Source of the DNA: Octopus vulgaris
Lineage: Eukaryota
Length of the DNA: 64,000 nucleotides
NCBI GenBank assembly: GCA_951406725.2
Contig: OX597817.1
Span: 86,304,001 to 86,368,000 of the forward strand
Reading direction: 5' to 3'
Shown: in pieces, positions 26,615-38,990 of the stretch
How positions within the stretch are numbered: position 1 is the first letter of the stretch
Layout: each line of letters opens with the position of its first letter
Notes under the pieces: generated by a model
What the model was told of the DNA's origin: nothing
The model's input: only the letters and a program-made list of their open reading frames with translations
Databases searched by the model: none
Made by a program: the position numbers and the translations under genes

Positions 26615-28439
26615 ACTGTACTCCTTGCCAAATTTCCTCAGGTATTCTCCATCACCCATCATATCTCACTGACACTTCCATTACCATCATAACTGCAATA
26701 TTTTGCTTCTGTTTCATTCTTTTCTGTGATGCCAGTTATCATTCTCACTTCTTAGAACCAGTTCACTTATCATCCATCCTTAATTCTTAATATTCTCCCT
26801 CTCTTCTCACATTTCACCCTGATCACCCTTCTGTGCAAACAAGTTACCCCCCCCCGGGCCAACATACATTTCTCACTCTCCTCTAGCACTTTGTCTACCT
26901 TTCCCTTTACTTTTATGCTACCTATCCACATGTCATCTCCCCCTCTCCCATTCTTCCCTTGGTCTACATTCTTCCCTTGGTCTACTATATTATTTCTGCT
27001 CCACTACTCCTCACTCTCTTCTGCACCGTTAGTCATCATCAAAGCTTCCTTAACTTTCCCCATTTTATATGAATCATCAATCACTTCACCACACTTGTTC
27101 ACCATTCACTACTGCCATCCCTCAATCTCTACTGTCATCACCTATGGAAAGTAAATAACAGAGAAAAGAGGAAAAAAGAAAAGAAAAAGTAAACCATGAC
27201 ATTTAAATCATAATGGAAGTTTGTATACCTCTTGTAAATGCTACATCTTGAAATATGTTTAAATATGTTTGAGAGATCTTTGTATGTTTGTCCCTATTAA
27301 AGAAAATATTTTGATCTTTAGAGTTTTTAATACTCATATTAATCGATGGTATTTATGTGGCTATTCTGTGCAGATGGCTTATCAAAGTCTAATCGAGAGT
27401 TATCAGTGGGATTCCCTCATATTTATTCAATAATCTTCTTAGTTCAAGTGTTGGGATTTCTGAAGATCGATTAGAGCCATCACAGATGATGTTATTCAAT
27501 GGAGCAGCTGCCAAGAAGTTAATATACTTAGGTTTTAATGGCCATGAATCACAGGAGCATGAAAGATGTGTGGATAACATGTTCGTTTTTCAATAGTGTG
27601 GTTTGAGTTTGATCTCATTGTAAACAAACGTGCTTCTACAGCCATTCGTTTGTGTCTTTTACTATCTAAAAAAAAAAAAACGAAATCTCTTGTTTTCACC
27701 TGTTTATCTTCTCAATTGCTTGACTTATCATCACCATCATCATCATCATCATCTGTGTGTCCTGGTGATATGATACTCTTGAGAAGATCCACCTATGTCA
27801 GCGAAACTGAACTCTAGAAGACTGTGTGTCCCACCCACATAAAGTCCCTTGATATTTTTTCTGTTAAGTTTATAGATGGTATAGGTCGTTGCTGAGCCAC
27901 CAAATACGGCTCTCAGATGGCTGTGATCATGTTTGGTAGTAAACCCGGATGAACATATACAAGCAAGATTGTAACTTTAAACACATTTATTGTGGCCTAA
28001 CGTATATACACAATGGAATAATAAATAGAATGGTTGATGTGTAAAGGCCATGGTCTTCTGTGCTCTGCTTCTATCTGCATCCTCACAGATTGTATGTCAG
28101 TGCAGAAAAGAAGAAAGAGGTCACGTGTCTGAACCTTAATGTTGCGTAACGCTCTCTATATCCCCAGTTTGTTTAACCCACAGTTAAGTGTGGTAATGCG
28201 CCTACAAGTTAAAAATGCTGTGAATGTTAGAAATTTGTCAACAAAGGCACTATTGTTCACCAGTTGCTATAAAAGGAAAATATAAATGAAAATAATAACC
28301 TGGATGAAACATTAAACAAATTGTATGTCTTTCTCTCTCTTTCTCTCCACACACACATGTATATATGTACCTATAGATATATACATACACTTATATATAC
28401 GTATGTGACCTAGTTGGTCTCTTCATCCTAGATATACTA

Positions 28440-28860
28440 AAAGAGAAATTCCCTTCAACTAGCTTTGGCCTCTACAGGGACGCCGCACTGGCAATATCAA
28501 GAGGCGTCGACGACCATACTCTAAATAGGCTCAGAAAGGATTTCATAAGCACCATGAACTCCCTCGGACTGAAGGTCACTATAGAGACCATCCTGAAAAC
28601 GGTAGATTTCCTTGACGTGACCCTGGACTGGAGTACTACATAAAGTGGAAGATTTTAAAAAATGCAAATCGTACTTCAATAGCAGCAGGAAGTACAGATT
28701 ATGCTTGGCTGTGAAGAGAGCAATCTTAAAAGGTACCCAACGCCCGGATGTATGCCTGAATAGCAGGAGTGAAGTGTTTAATCCTTGCTCGCATAAAAGG
28801 AAGTGCATCCTATCGGACCTGTGCGCTCCACCGTGACTGCAACCACAGGTCACCTGCCTC
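28440..28860 (+). mobile_element. Penelope-like element remnant (RT and GIY-YIG C-terminus, internally deleted)
   Basis: FGLYRDAALA (decayed YRDD), a DFLDVTL motif at about 28605-28626, and KCKSYFNSSRKYRLCLAVKRAIL..LNSRSEVFNPCSHKRK, the typical C-x2-C..LNxRSE..CxH tail of Penelope endonucleases. Confidence 0.75.
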
Positions 28861-29294
28861 AATCCTCGACTTTCCGCCAACGACCTTCCATTAATGATCT
28901 CGGACCCGGCAAAAAGAATTTGACCAAAGCACACATGTACTCACACGCACATCCCTATAAAGCGGACACCCCACAAAATAGACTGTCTCCCACTACCCCG
29001 GCACACAAATTGTACCCCCACACATGCACAGATCCCTCACACACATTACACACCGCGCACTAACAAAAAAAACCCCACGACTTTATCCTTTACAGAAAGA
29101 AAACAGACCAACGAACACACCTACAAATACCTACACACCCGAATAAAATTATGCATATGGCACCACTACACATGTTACACACACCCATCCCCAAAGGAGC
29201 ACCACATTAATAATACACATATTCCCCACTTCAAGATAACTCTTGCCGGCTTAACAGCACACCCAACCAAGGGTGTGCTGTTAAGCGGTCTATA

Positions 29295-29880
29295 CTTGAG
29301 GATGTAAGTGAATCTATTGCTGACTGGCCAAGGACCGACTAGGTCGATATGGACATGTTGAAAACGGGCGTCTGATTGTTTGAAAGTGACAAGTGGTACT
29401 CGAACGTGTCTGTGTATCTTCGAACGCTGACACTGTCGGCAATTCCGAAGAGGAGGAACCAAAAACACATTTGGTAGGGATTATCTTCACTTGGTACGTA
29501 AATAGAAGTTGAAATAGCAGTGTTAAATGTTGGATGTGTCCTGGAGTAGAACTTGCGATAAGCAGATCGTCGATATAAGCAAAGAAAAAATGCAAACCAG
29601 GAACAACTTCGCCGGTAAACCTCTGGAATGTACTTGCAACATTCCTGAGTCCAAATGGCATGGATAGAAATTCGAATGAACCGAAAGGAGTGACGATGGC
29701 TGTCTTAGGAACAACGTCTGGATTCACAGGAATTTGATGGTAGGCTCTAACCAGGTCTAGCTTAGAATTAAAAAAATAGCAAAAGCAGTGAAGCCGTGCA
29801 GTGATGAAGAGAAATCATGTAGGTTGAGTATTGAATACCTGTCCGGAACTGTACTGGAATTAAGTCTCCTACAGGTCTAA
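29295..29880 (-). mobile_element. Ty3/Gypsy pol remnant (RT joined to integrase by an internal deletion)
   Basis: [56 protein letters not shown] (RT). In another frame, [24 protein letters not shown] (integrase). Confidence 0.92.
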
Positions 29881-30944
29881 AATTCGCAAATTCCTTAGGG
29901 GGATAAATATCTGCAAAAATTCAATCCGTGTTATGGTTGTGGAAGCCTACACTACAACAAGGATTGTCCGTTTAAAAATAAAAAGTGCTATAGTTGTTAG
30001 AAGCTGGGATAGGAGTTCTCATTGTAGAACAAGACTACGGGGCTCACATAAAGAATCTTGCAAATCAAATACCAAAACGAAATATATATAAATTCTTTGT
30101 TCATTTGGAAGTCGAAATCTCAAAAGGGGAGATGTTGTGCGAGAGCACAATAAGTTCAAAGTTTACAGTTCGGGTCAGTGTGTTGGATTGTTGGTTCTTA
30201 AAAGATTGTTACGTTCCGTGCGATTACTGCTGTTTGTTTCGCTTATATTATTACACTGTTGCAGTGTATTCGTTTATCCATAAGGATATAACACACACAC
30301 ACATATAGTTGGAATTTGCAAAAATCAAAAGACGAAGACAGGTGTATTAGTTTAACGCTCGGGAAGGTGAGGTCTTTTAAGTTTCGAGCCTACGTTCTTC
30401 AACAGAAAGGAACACGAGAAAATAAACAGAGAGAGAATTAAAAAACAGAATGCTTTAGTAGCTAGCGGTCAATCATGGCGATGGCCGATATATATATATT
30501 TAACGATAAGGATTTGTAACGACAAAGTTTTTAGTTGAAGTCGAGAGTCATCAATTGTAACGGCAGATATTTGTTTTGGTGTAGTTACCAATTGTAAGGG
30601 GTAAGATTTATTAGTAAAGAATATTATGATGTGTTGATAGTCAGCAGTTACGATAATAATTTGCTGTTATAATTGCATGTTGTAAGATGAGAAAGATGAA
30701 CAATGCGTGAAGTTTTAAGAAAGTATTTATTTACCGTTACGTTACAATTACCTTGCCTCGACGGGCAGGTTATAATAAATCCAAAAGCATGCGAGGTAAA
30801 GTTTGTGTCCTCTTCATTGTTTAGTAGTAAATACAGAGAGAGATAGAATGATGTTGTAAGAGAACAGAATTAGAGCAAATTCATAAAATTGTTTACCAAT
30901 TAATTTCTACCGTTACAAATTACTGACCACGACATACCAATCTT

Positions 30945-30991
<47 letters not shown>

Positions 30992-32129
30992 TAAATTGGG
31001 GAGCTTATAACACTCTGCAACCACAGGCATACGGATTGACAACGCTCACCAGTACATTCAATCATTCTTATTTTTAGCACCACGCTATTGAACAGATGTG
31101 TTATGCATGACTAAAGATATGTTTGTAGAGAGATATCAATTGGAAAATAGTAATAATAATAATAATAATAAAAAGGATTTTAGGGGAACTATTTTTGTTA
31201 AAAAATACAGGCTGCTCTGTAATAAATATATATATGTTTCCCACGCAGCCATAAACTGGCATAGATTTCTAAACAAACAAGCAAACAAGAAGAGAAGACG
31301 ATAAAAAAAACATATTCCTAATTATTCATAAGTAAGTTGTCTGGCCATATTTATTTGACAAAACCATTAACATATTATTAAACACTGTCATTTTGCCAAA
31401 GAATTCATTTTTATATACCCTGTTTTTCCAGTTTGTATTTCATTGAGAACATTATTTATAATTAACATATGTTGTTTATTTAAGGGATATGACTAAATAT
31501 TCGAGAATAAAATGAAATGCAATGATTATTGTCCTCATGTAGGACGTTTTTATTCTTTTGTTGTGAAATATCCCATAATGTCATTACATTATCAGAAATT
31601 ACGTTCCAAATTTTGTAGAAGTACGAGCAACGTATATGTTGTTCAGGTGCCATTAGGGTCAAGTGAATAAAATATTTGCTTCGCATTCGATGAATTGTGA
31701 ATTATATCACACAAATACATTCTAAGCATCTTCTGCCTAAGAAAGACAAACCATTGAGAAAGTAATATTCCTAGATATACTGTTAAAAATACGATATATA
31801 TTGGAGCAAGATGAATGAGCCTTTTTCAAATGAAGTGTATTCGCAAGTCACATGTCTAGATGAAATGTCCCTTCCAATATATCCTATATTTTTTACTTGT
31901 TTCAGTTACTGAATTGTGGCCACGCTGGGACACCACCTGGTAGAGTTTTAACCAAACGAATCGACTCCAGTACCTTTTTTTTTTATAGTCTGATACATAT
32001 TCTCTCAGTCACTTTTGCCGAACTGCTAACTCTCTTCTACAACAAACTTTTATGCCTCTTACATAGGTTCTCTCTTTGTCTTTATCCATTCCACAACGGT
32101 CTCTCTTTGTTATGTAGTCCCGTGTCAGC

Positions 32130-32260
32130 TTTGACTGTATAGTTACCGTTCTATGACATGCAAGTAGAGCATCCGGATATATCTTACGTATCCAACTTCT
32201 CAGTTATGCAATGTTTCTGCGTAGCCTGAGACCCATAATGCACAGTGAGTCACGCAGTGG
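32130..32260 (-). mobile_element. RTE LINE fragment, degenerate
   Basis: Minus strand reads ..LHYGSQAT..KLDT.DIRMLY, resembling the RTE LYGSETW..KLD..RML region. Confidence 0.45.
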
Positions 32261-32927
32261 TAAGAGGTACAGTGCGATATTCTGACCATAATACATTCTC
32301 TCTACAGTTCAGCCTATTCCTATACGTGCACAGATTTTAGTGGCGGCAGGAAAATTAACATGTAGCATCTTTTGTTTTCAATTATTTTTGATTATTTTCT
32401 TTTTCAATACTGACAATGAAATTATACGAAGATGTATTTCTCGTAAAATTTCGGTCAAAAATTTAATTTCATACTTATTAGAATATCTGCTACTCCAGCT
32501 ATTGCAAAACTTCTCATTATAATACTGTGGTTATAATTCTTTCACTTTCCCCTCATCTATATTTAACGTCTCTGACTGCTACCCATTACTCCGTTTATTG
32601 CATGAGTCTTTCCCTATAGTGTGACCACGAACACAGATATATTTCTTAGAAGATATAATTCTTATAAATACCCTGGGTTCTAACCCTTCTCTTCTAGAGA
32701 TTCGTTTGAGATGTAACAGGAGCCCATACCCAACAGCATTATGATTTTAAGACAAATGTTTCACTATATACATTTGCATTCACTTAACTTTTTCTTTCAT
32801 ACATACTCACTTTTCTCTCTCTCGTGCTTAAACTACTAGGAGCAGGTATCAAACACATACATGCATATCTATATATACGAGTTAAATTATACACTAACGT
32901 AGCATGCATTTTAAAACTTTATACATA

Positions 32928-33282
32928 CTAGCAGTATCGCCCGGCATTGCTCGGGTTTGTTTCGACCCTTTAGAATTGGAATTTTTGAAAAGTAAAAATT
33001 TTGCATTATGTAGCTTGTTATTCTCTTTAAGTGAACATTTTTCTGGTTGAAATACACCGAAAAATGGCGACACAGCAGTCAAAAAATCGTAAAAAATAGG
33101 GATTTTCATAGAAATGTAAATAATTTTTGGTGTTAACATGGTCCGATTTGAATTTTTTCTTCTACGGAATGAAGAGCAAGCCTTCTATCATATTTTCAAT
33201 TTTGGTCAACTTGCGCCGCAGGGTCTCGGAGGAGATAGTGTTAACCTGCCATACACAGACAACTTCAGCTTTATACGAGAGA
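32928..33282 (-). mobile_element. Non-autonomous Helitron-like element
   Basis: Minus strand starts TC and ends with the hairpin cccgagcaatgccggg followed by CTAG. Inserted between A and T with no TSD. A second copy lies at 34850-35740. Confidence 0.75.
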
Positions 33283-33299
33283 TTTATATTGAGAGATGA

Positions 33300-33532
33300 G
33301 TGTTTTAGAAAGCTTCTGGCGATGCGGAGAAGTTTTGTAAAATCTTTATATTTCAGGCGCAAAGGCCCTTCTTCAGAAGAAAAACAGTCTAGGAAATCCT
33401 CGTGGAATTTGAATGGGTTAACGGAACCTGCATAACTGGACATTTTCCAAATTGTTTTTCTTCTGAAGATGGGCCTTTGTGCCTGAAATATAAAGGTTTT
33501 ATAAAACTTGCCGCATAGTCAGAAGCTCTCTA
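33300..33532. repeat. About 230-bp imperfect palindrome with Penelope-type hammerhead-like cores on both strands
   Basis: 33340-33386 is the reverse complement of 33452-33505; the core is ctgaagatgggcctttgtgcctgaaa. Confidence 0.75.
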
Positions 33533-34849
33533 TTTTCTATCTTTTTTTAAAAACCTTCTTTGATATTACAATGCTTCAAGCGAACTACACTGCTCTTATA
33601 TGAATGTTTTGCTTATATATGGATAAAAATGTTTCTGTTAATTCAAGCGATGTCTTAAAGTCAGGGTTCTTCAAATATAATATATGTTTGGTGTTTAACT
33701 CGATGATGTCATATAGTATAGAAAGACACCAGGTTAACGCTGTTAGTAGGAGAGGTTAGAAAGATAAAAGAGGGTGAAATATTATATCTGAATAAATCAA
33801 GGGAAGTTAAATTAAGAGAAGTTAAAAGTACTTATGAACAAGACAAGAGAAGGTAGAAAAAAAAAATGAAGTGGAAAATGAAAAAAAAAAGGGAAAGTTT
33901 GAAAAAATTGAGAAAATATAAAAGTGGAAAAAGTGTGAAAGGATTTTAATAGACTACCCAAATTAAAAAAAAAAAACCTCGAAAAAAAAAAAAGAGTTTA
34001 TGGAACAATGCATAAAATATCAAAAATTTCTCAGAGAAGTCTCAAAGAATCTCGAAAAGTTTTGAAGGCTTCAGAGTTAGGAAGTTTTAAAGTTTTAAGG
34101 TTTAAACCATAGATGGATGGATAGATAGATAGATAGATGTCAATGATGCCATTTCTAATTCTACGGGAGTCGACACCCACTTTTATCTTTCCTTCTCAGT
34201 ACAATAAATTCTTGATATGTTTGGGGATAGATTTCACCGATTTCCCTATTCCTTATACATTGTTCAATATGAAACGAGCCAACGTTGCTCGACTTGCTAG
34301 TAATAGCAATCAAATCACACACTACAATTGTAAAGGAAAAGGGGAGGGTACGTTAAATATTGTAGTTCTTGATGCGCTATTCCCGAAAGCAAGACGGCGT
34401 GGTCACGACTGGAAAGCTTGTTCAGGCCCAATCTGGGATTCATCTATGTGTTGAATAGGGAAAAACTAGAGAAACAGAACAAATTCCTTATTCATTTTCA
34501 CTATCGAAACTATTGCCTCGGGAAAGGCATGTACGACATAAACACATCTGAAGTTTTAGACTCATGTCTCCCCCATCCCCAGTTATTAACAAGATATGTG
34601 ACAGAATAGAGGTAATTTTCTTGTGAACTAACTGCCTCCACGTTGGTTTTAGTCATCATATAGAACGACTTTTACTTGTAGTGATATATTTATAAAACGT
34701 AGAAATGGTGCAATTTCCTAGATTCCAGCCTGAGGAGCCATTATTAACCAAATAACTGTTAAAGGTGTGTTCCACTGGAATAAGGTCTCGTGTGCGTATG
34801 TATGAGTGTGTGCGTATGCATGTGTGAGTATGCGCACGCATGCATGTAA

Positions 34850-35740
34850 GTGCCCGGCGTTGCTCGGGATTGTTTTCTTTTCGACCCTTTAGAATTGGAA
34901 TTTTTGAAAAGTAAAAATTTTGCATTATGTAGCTTGTTATATTCTTTAAGTGAACATTTTTCTGGTTGAAATACACCAAAAAATGGCCACACAGCAGTCA
35001 AAAAATCGTAAAAAATAGGGATTTTCATAGAAAAAAAAGCACCTTTTTCATGTAAATAATTTTTGGTCTTAATATGGTCCGATTTGAATTTTTTCTTCTA
35101 CGGAATGAAGAGCAAGCCTTCTTCTATCATACTCTCAATTTTGGTCAACTTGCGCCGCAGGGTCTCGGAGGAGATAGTGTTAGTTGAAGGCTACGAAACC
35201 TACCACACACAAACTATCTATCTATCCGCTCAGTCGAAGTCGACTCTCGGTTACTCGTTGGATCAGTGTCCTCCAGTCAGTTCTATCCTGGGCCGCTTCT
35301 TTCAGATTGGCTATGTCCATTCCGGTATCACTCTTGATGGTGTCAAGCCAGCGGGTTCTTGGTCGGCCTCTTCCTCTCTTGCCACTGACCATTCCGAACA
35401 TGATGTCCTTCTCCTGGGATTTTCTCCGCATAATATGACCGAAATATGCCAATCTATTCTTGGTGATCCTACCTTCTAGCGACATTTTCGGCCTGATCTG
35501 CTTAAGAACTTCTCCATTGGTGAGCCTCGCTGTCCATGGAATCCGTAAAAGTCTTCTCCAACACCAAAGCTCGAATGCATTAATTCTCTTCTGGTCAGCT
35601 TTCTTTAGTGTCCAGGTCTCGCATCCATATGTTGCTATTGGGAAGACAATTGCATTCACCAATCTGCATTTGGTAGCGAGTCTGATGTCTCTACTCTTCC
35701 AGACCCTGCTCACAAGTAGACAACTTCAGCTTTATATATA
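34850..35740 (-). mobile_element. Second Helitron-like copy (CTAG end missing), interrupted by an RTE insertion
   Basis: Near-identical to 32939-33275. The terminal agacaacttcagctttata resumes at about 35718 after the insertion. Confidence 0.8.
35213..35715 (-). mobile_element. 5'-truncated RTE (BovB-like) LINE with an uninterrupted ORF
   Basis: 163-aa stop-free segment: VFPIATYGCETWTLKKADQKRINAFELWCWRRLLRIPWT..YFGHIMRR..GKRGRGRPRTRWLD. Short (GATA)n tail after the stop. Confidence 0.92.
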
Positions 35741-38195
35741 AAAATATATGTATATATATGAAAGAAAGACTTTTGTTCCGGAGAAATTAACTTTTTCCCA
35801 GTGAGCTGACACGAATGTTTGTCATAGAAAGTCTGTTAAAAACACCCACAGTGCTTGGCAAAGATGTACCGAGCAAGCCGATTAATTCTCCCAAAGACTC
35901 AAATAGTAAAGAATCCTGTCGTGTGACGGTCTAACAACCTCGCCGTTATACCGGATTACTCCTTTATGCTATTAACTCTAAAAGAATGAACAACAAAGTA
36001 AAGTTCAACTTGATTTGAACTCAGTGCATACTGAGTCGGAACAAATACCATAAATTTTAAGGCTTTAATGACTGCCACTTTTCAGACGAGAAAATAGATT
36101 GTGTGATGTTTATGGTTTTCTGGAAGGTATTAGGCGAGTAAAATAATTAAAAACTGAAACTGTGTCATGGACTTCACTAACTGGGAAGCTCATCGCTGTC
36201 TCTACATCGGTCGTCACTCTCAAGAAGTAAATATATCTCAAGCAACACGTTGATTTAGATTCTATCTTCAAAGAATGAATGACAAGGAAAAATTAGTTGA
36301 GTCACGCTGAAAGAACGTATTTAATTGATGTTAGATTAAAGCTAGCTACTGCCTTCGCTCTGACATACCGCCGATGTAGTATCTAAACGTAACATTTCTC
36401 TTAACTCAAATGTATATATTTAGAATGGGTATTTAAGTGAAACAAAAAAGAAATTGAAGAATGTAAATGCATAGGTGTCAATGTGGTTATTTCACGCATT
36501 TGTGTGAATACTTGTATATTTTACTCTATTGAATTTGTTGTGTACTCCAAGTTACAATTTAATAATGTTAAGCTACGATTTCGCAAATGAAAAGTATTTT
36601 GTCGAAAGTCGTACGAACATTTATTAAAATATATATTGTTGTTAATAATTTGTATTAAATAATTGGAGAAGAACACTGTAGTTTGCTTGAAACATTTTGA
36701 TACAGAAGTAATATAACTAACAACTAAGGAGACTTAGCAATGCGAAACGGAAAAAGTCCTTTTCGCATTGTTAGAAGGTCTCCATTTGTTGTTTTATTAA
36801 ATAATTAGTTAACACCATCAATATTATAGCCTTTCCTCGTATATAATCTACGTTTACATATATATTCCCACAAAATTATCGACAAATACCTGGGCGCTCT
36901 TAATAACAACACATTCTGAAAATTAGATTTTATGAACGGGGGGGGGCGGGCTATCCTTAAGTCCACTCGGACCATGCAGATCTATGTTAAAAGGTTTTCC
37001 AGGCATGATCATTTCGTCTTTTCCGGGTAGGTTAATATATCCAGGTATACTATATCTAGAACAAATATTATTTGGCAGTCTTTCGGTATTAGTAGTACTA
37101 ATACCGAAAGATTTCCCATTATTTAATATATCCTTCCCTTGAGGGGTGGGGGTGGGGTGATTTGAGAGAGATTTTGGTAGCTGTTTCTAGCAGCTGGTAT
37201 GATCGTATAATAGAAGCTCTTCAAGCCATAAACGTTTTTCTCATATGTTACAACAGACAGTAGCTTTCAAGAACAGTCATTCTACTTCATTGCGGTTACG
37301 AATTCCCTTGAGAAAGTTGTGAATGTCACAATTTACACAGTTTAAAAGTTCTCTTCCTTTATTTGTAGTCTTGAACTTCTATAGAAACCCAAATTTCAAA
37401 TGAATGTCGCAGGACAAGATGTAAAATATCATTACTAGTCCTAGTTTTAAAACTGTCTATTGTACAATAATTGTTATCATCTTTATAATTTAAAACTACC
37501 GCCCAGGTCTCTAGCTTAGGCGGCACTTCCCCTTGGGGCGTTATAAATTTGTTGCCTCATAGCTTCCAGAAAAATGGATACTTTTTCACGAAATTTTCAA
37601 CAAATACCGCTTAGATGCTGTGGATTCAAACTATAAAGGGATTTATGGGAAAGAATTTTCCCGAGAGGGTAGGGAGAGGAGTTTAGGAAAATTCACATGA
37701 TCTGATTTTTTCCCCTCATAACTTTCAGGAAAATGTATATCTTTTAATGAAATTTTATACAAATACCTTTCAAATGGTATAGATCACGATTATAAAGAAA
37801 TTTGTTGAGGATTTTTTCTGAGGGGGTGGGGAGAGGAGTTTCGGATCAGGAAGACCAAATACTCCACTTCGACGGGGATTTGCTCATTTTTTTTCATTTC
37901 ACAACAATCTTCGAAATGATGGTGGGGGTAGGGGCGTCTTTTTATGAAAATAAGTTTTGAAATTTTTTTAATCCCCCCATCCCACTCCGGACCGATTTTG
38001 GCTAATTGTTTTTAACTTAAAAACCATGGGAGGAGCCTTCGAGAGAAAAAAAAAAAGAAATTGTAAATATTTTCAGAGGGAAAGGTGTATTTAGATTCAA
38101 GGGAGATTTGGCTGTTGTTTCTAACACATCCCAAACTACCCTCTGTTTTCACTCTCACATGTATTGATGTTTTTTCAATATTTTTCTCCCATTAA

Positions 38196-38764
38196 GGCGG
38201 CGAGCTGGCAGAAACGCTAGCACGCCGGGCGAAATGCCTAGCGTCGTCTGCCGCTACGTTCTGAGTTCAAATTCCGCCGAGGTCGACTTTGCCTTTCATT
38301 CTTTCGGGGTCGATTAAATAAGTACCAGTTACGCACTGGGGTCGATGTAATCAACTTAATCCGTTTGTCTGTCCTTGTTTGTCCTCTCTGTGTTTAGCCC
38401 CTTGTGAGTAGTAAAGAAATAGGTATTTCGTCTGCCGCTACATTCTGAGTTCAAATTCCACCGAGGTCGACTTTGCCTTTCATTCTTTCGGGGTCGATTA
38501 AATAAGTACCAGTTACGCACTTGGGTCCATGTAATCGACTTAATCCGTTTGTCTGTCCTTGTTTGTCCCCTTTGTGGGTAGTAAAGAAATAGGTACTTCG
38601 TCTATCTTTACATTCTGTGTTCAAATTCTGCTGAGGTCGACTCTGCCTTTCATCCTTTCAGGAGGTCGATAAATTAAGTACCAGTTGCGTACTGGGGTTG
38701 ATATAATCAACTGGCACACCCGCCCCCACCCCAAATTTCAGGCCTTGTGCCTAGTGCAGAAAAG
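38196..38764 (+). mobile_element. Young tRNA-derived SINE with a triplicated MetaSINE-like core
   Basis: Starts ggcggcgagctggcagaaacg. The core gttcaaattc..gaggtcgactttgcctttcat..ggtcgat..aagtaccagtt occurs three times. 19-bp TSD aatatttt(t/c)ctcccattaa at 38177-38195 and 38765-38783. Confidence 0.88.
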
Positions 38765-38990
38765 AATATTTTCCTCCCATTAAACACATTTTATGGAATG
38801 ATGATGCCAAAGTAACATACGCATGGTCCATTAGTAGAATATAAGCAACAACAAAAAAAAATTGTAACTTAAATTTTTATTCCCACCTCAATCAAGGGAA
38901 GCCTTGTGTATGTGTGTGTGTGTATAAGAAAAAATATTTTCTAACAGAAAATTATGCTCTTAAAATGAATTATCATTTATATACCTCAGA

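Noticed and set aside
27390-27595. About 67-codon open frame on the plus strand (SRVISGIPSYLFNN...)
   Set aside because: Bounded by stops, with no recognisable homology or splice support.
36890-36915. 26-nt minus-strand micro-exon-like segment (ttttcag|...cag|gtattt)
   Set aside because: Splice signals look good, but no partner exons or recognisable peptide were found; this can arise by chance.
38196-38285. tRNA-like A/B boxes (gttcaaattc) here and at other SINE heads
   Set aside because: SINE promoters, not cloverleaf-forming tRNA genes.
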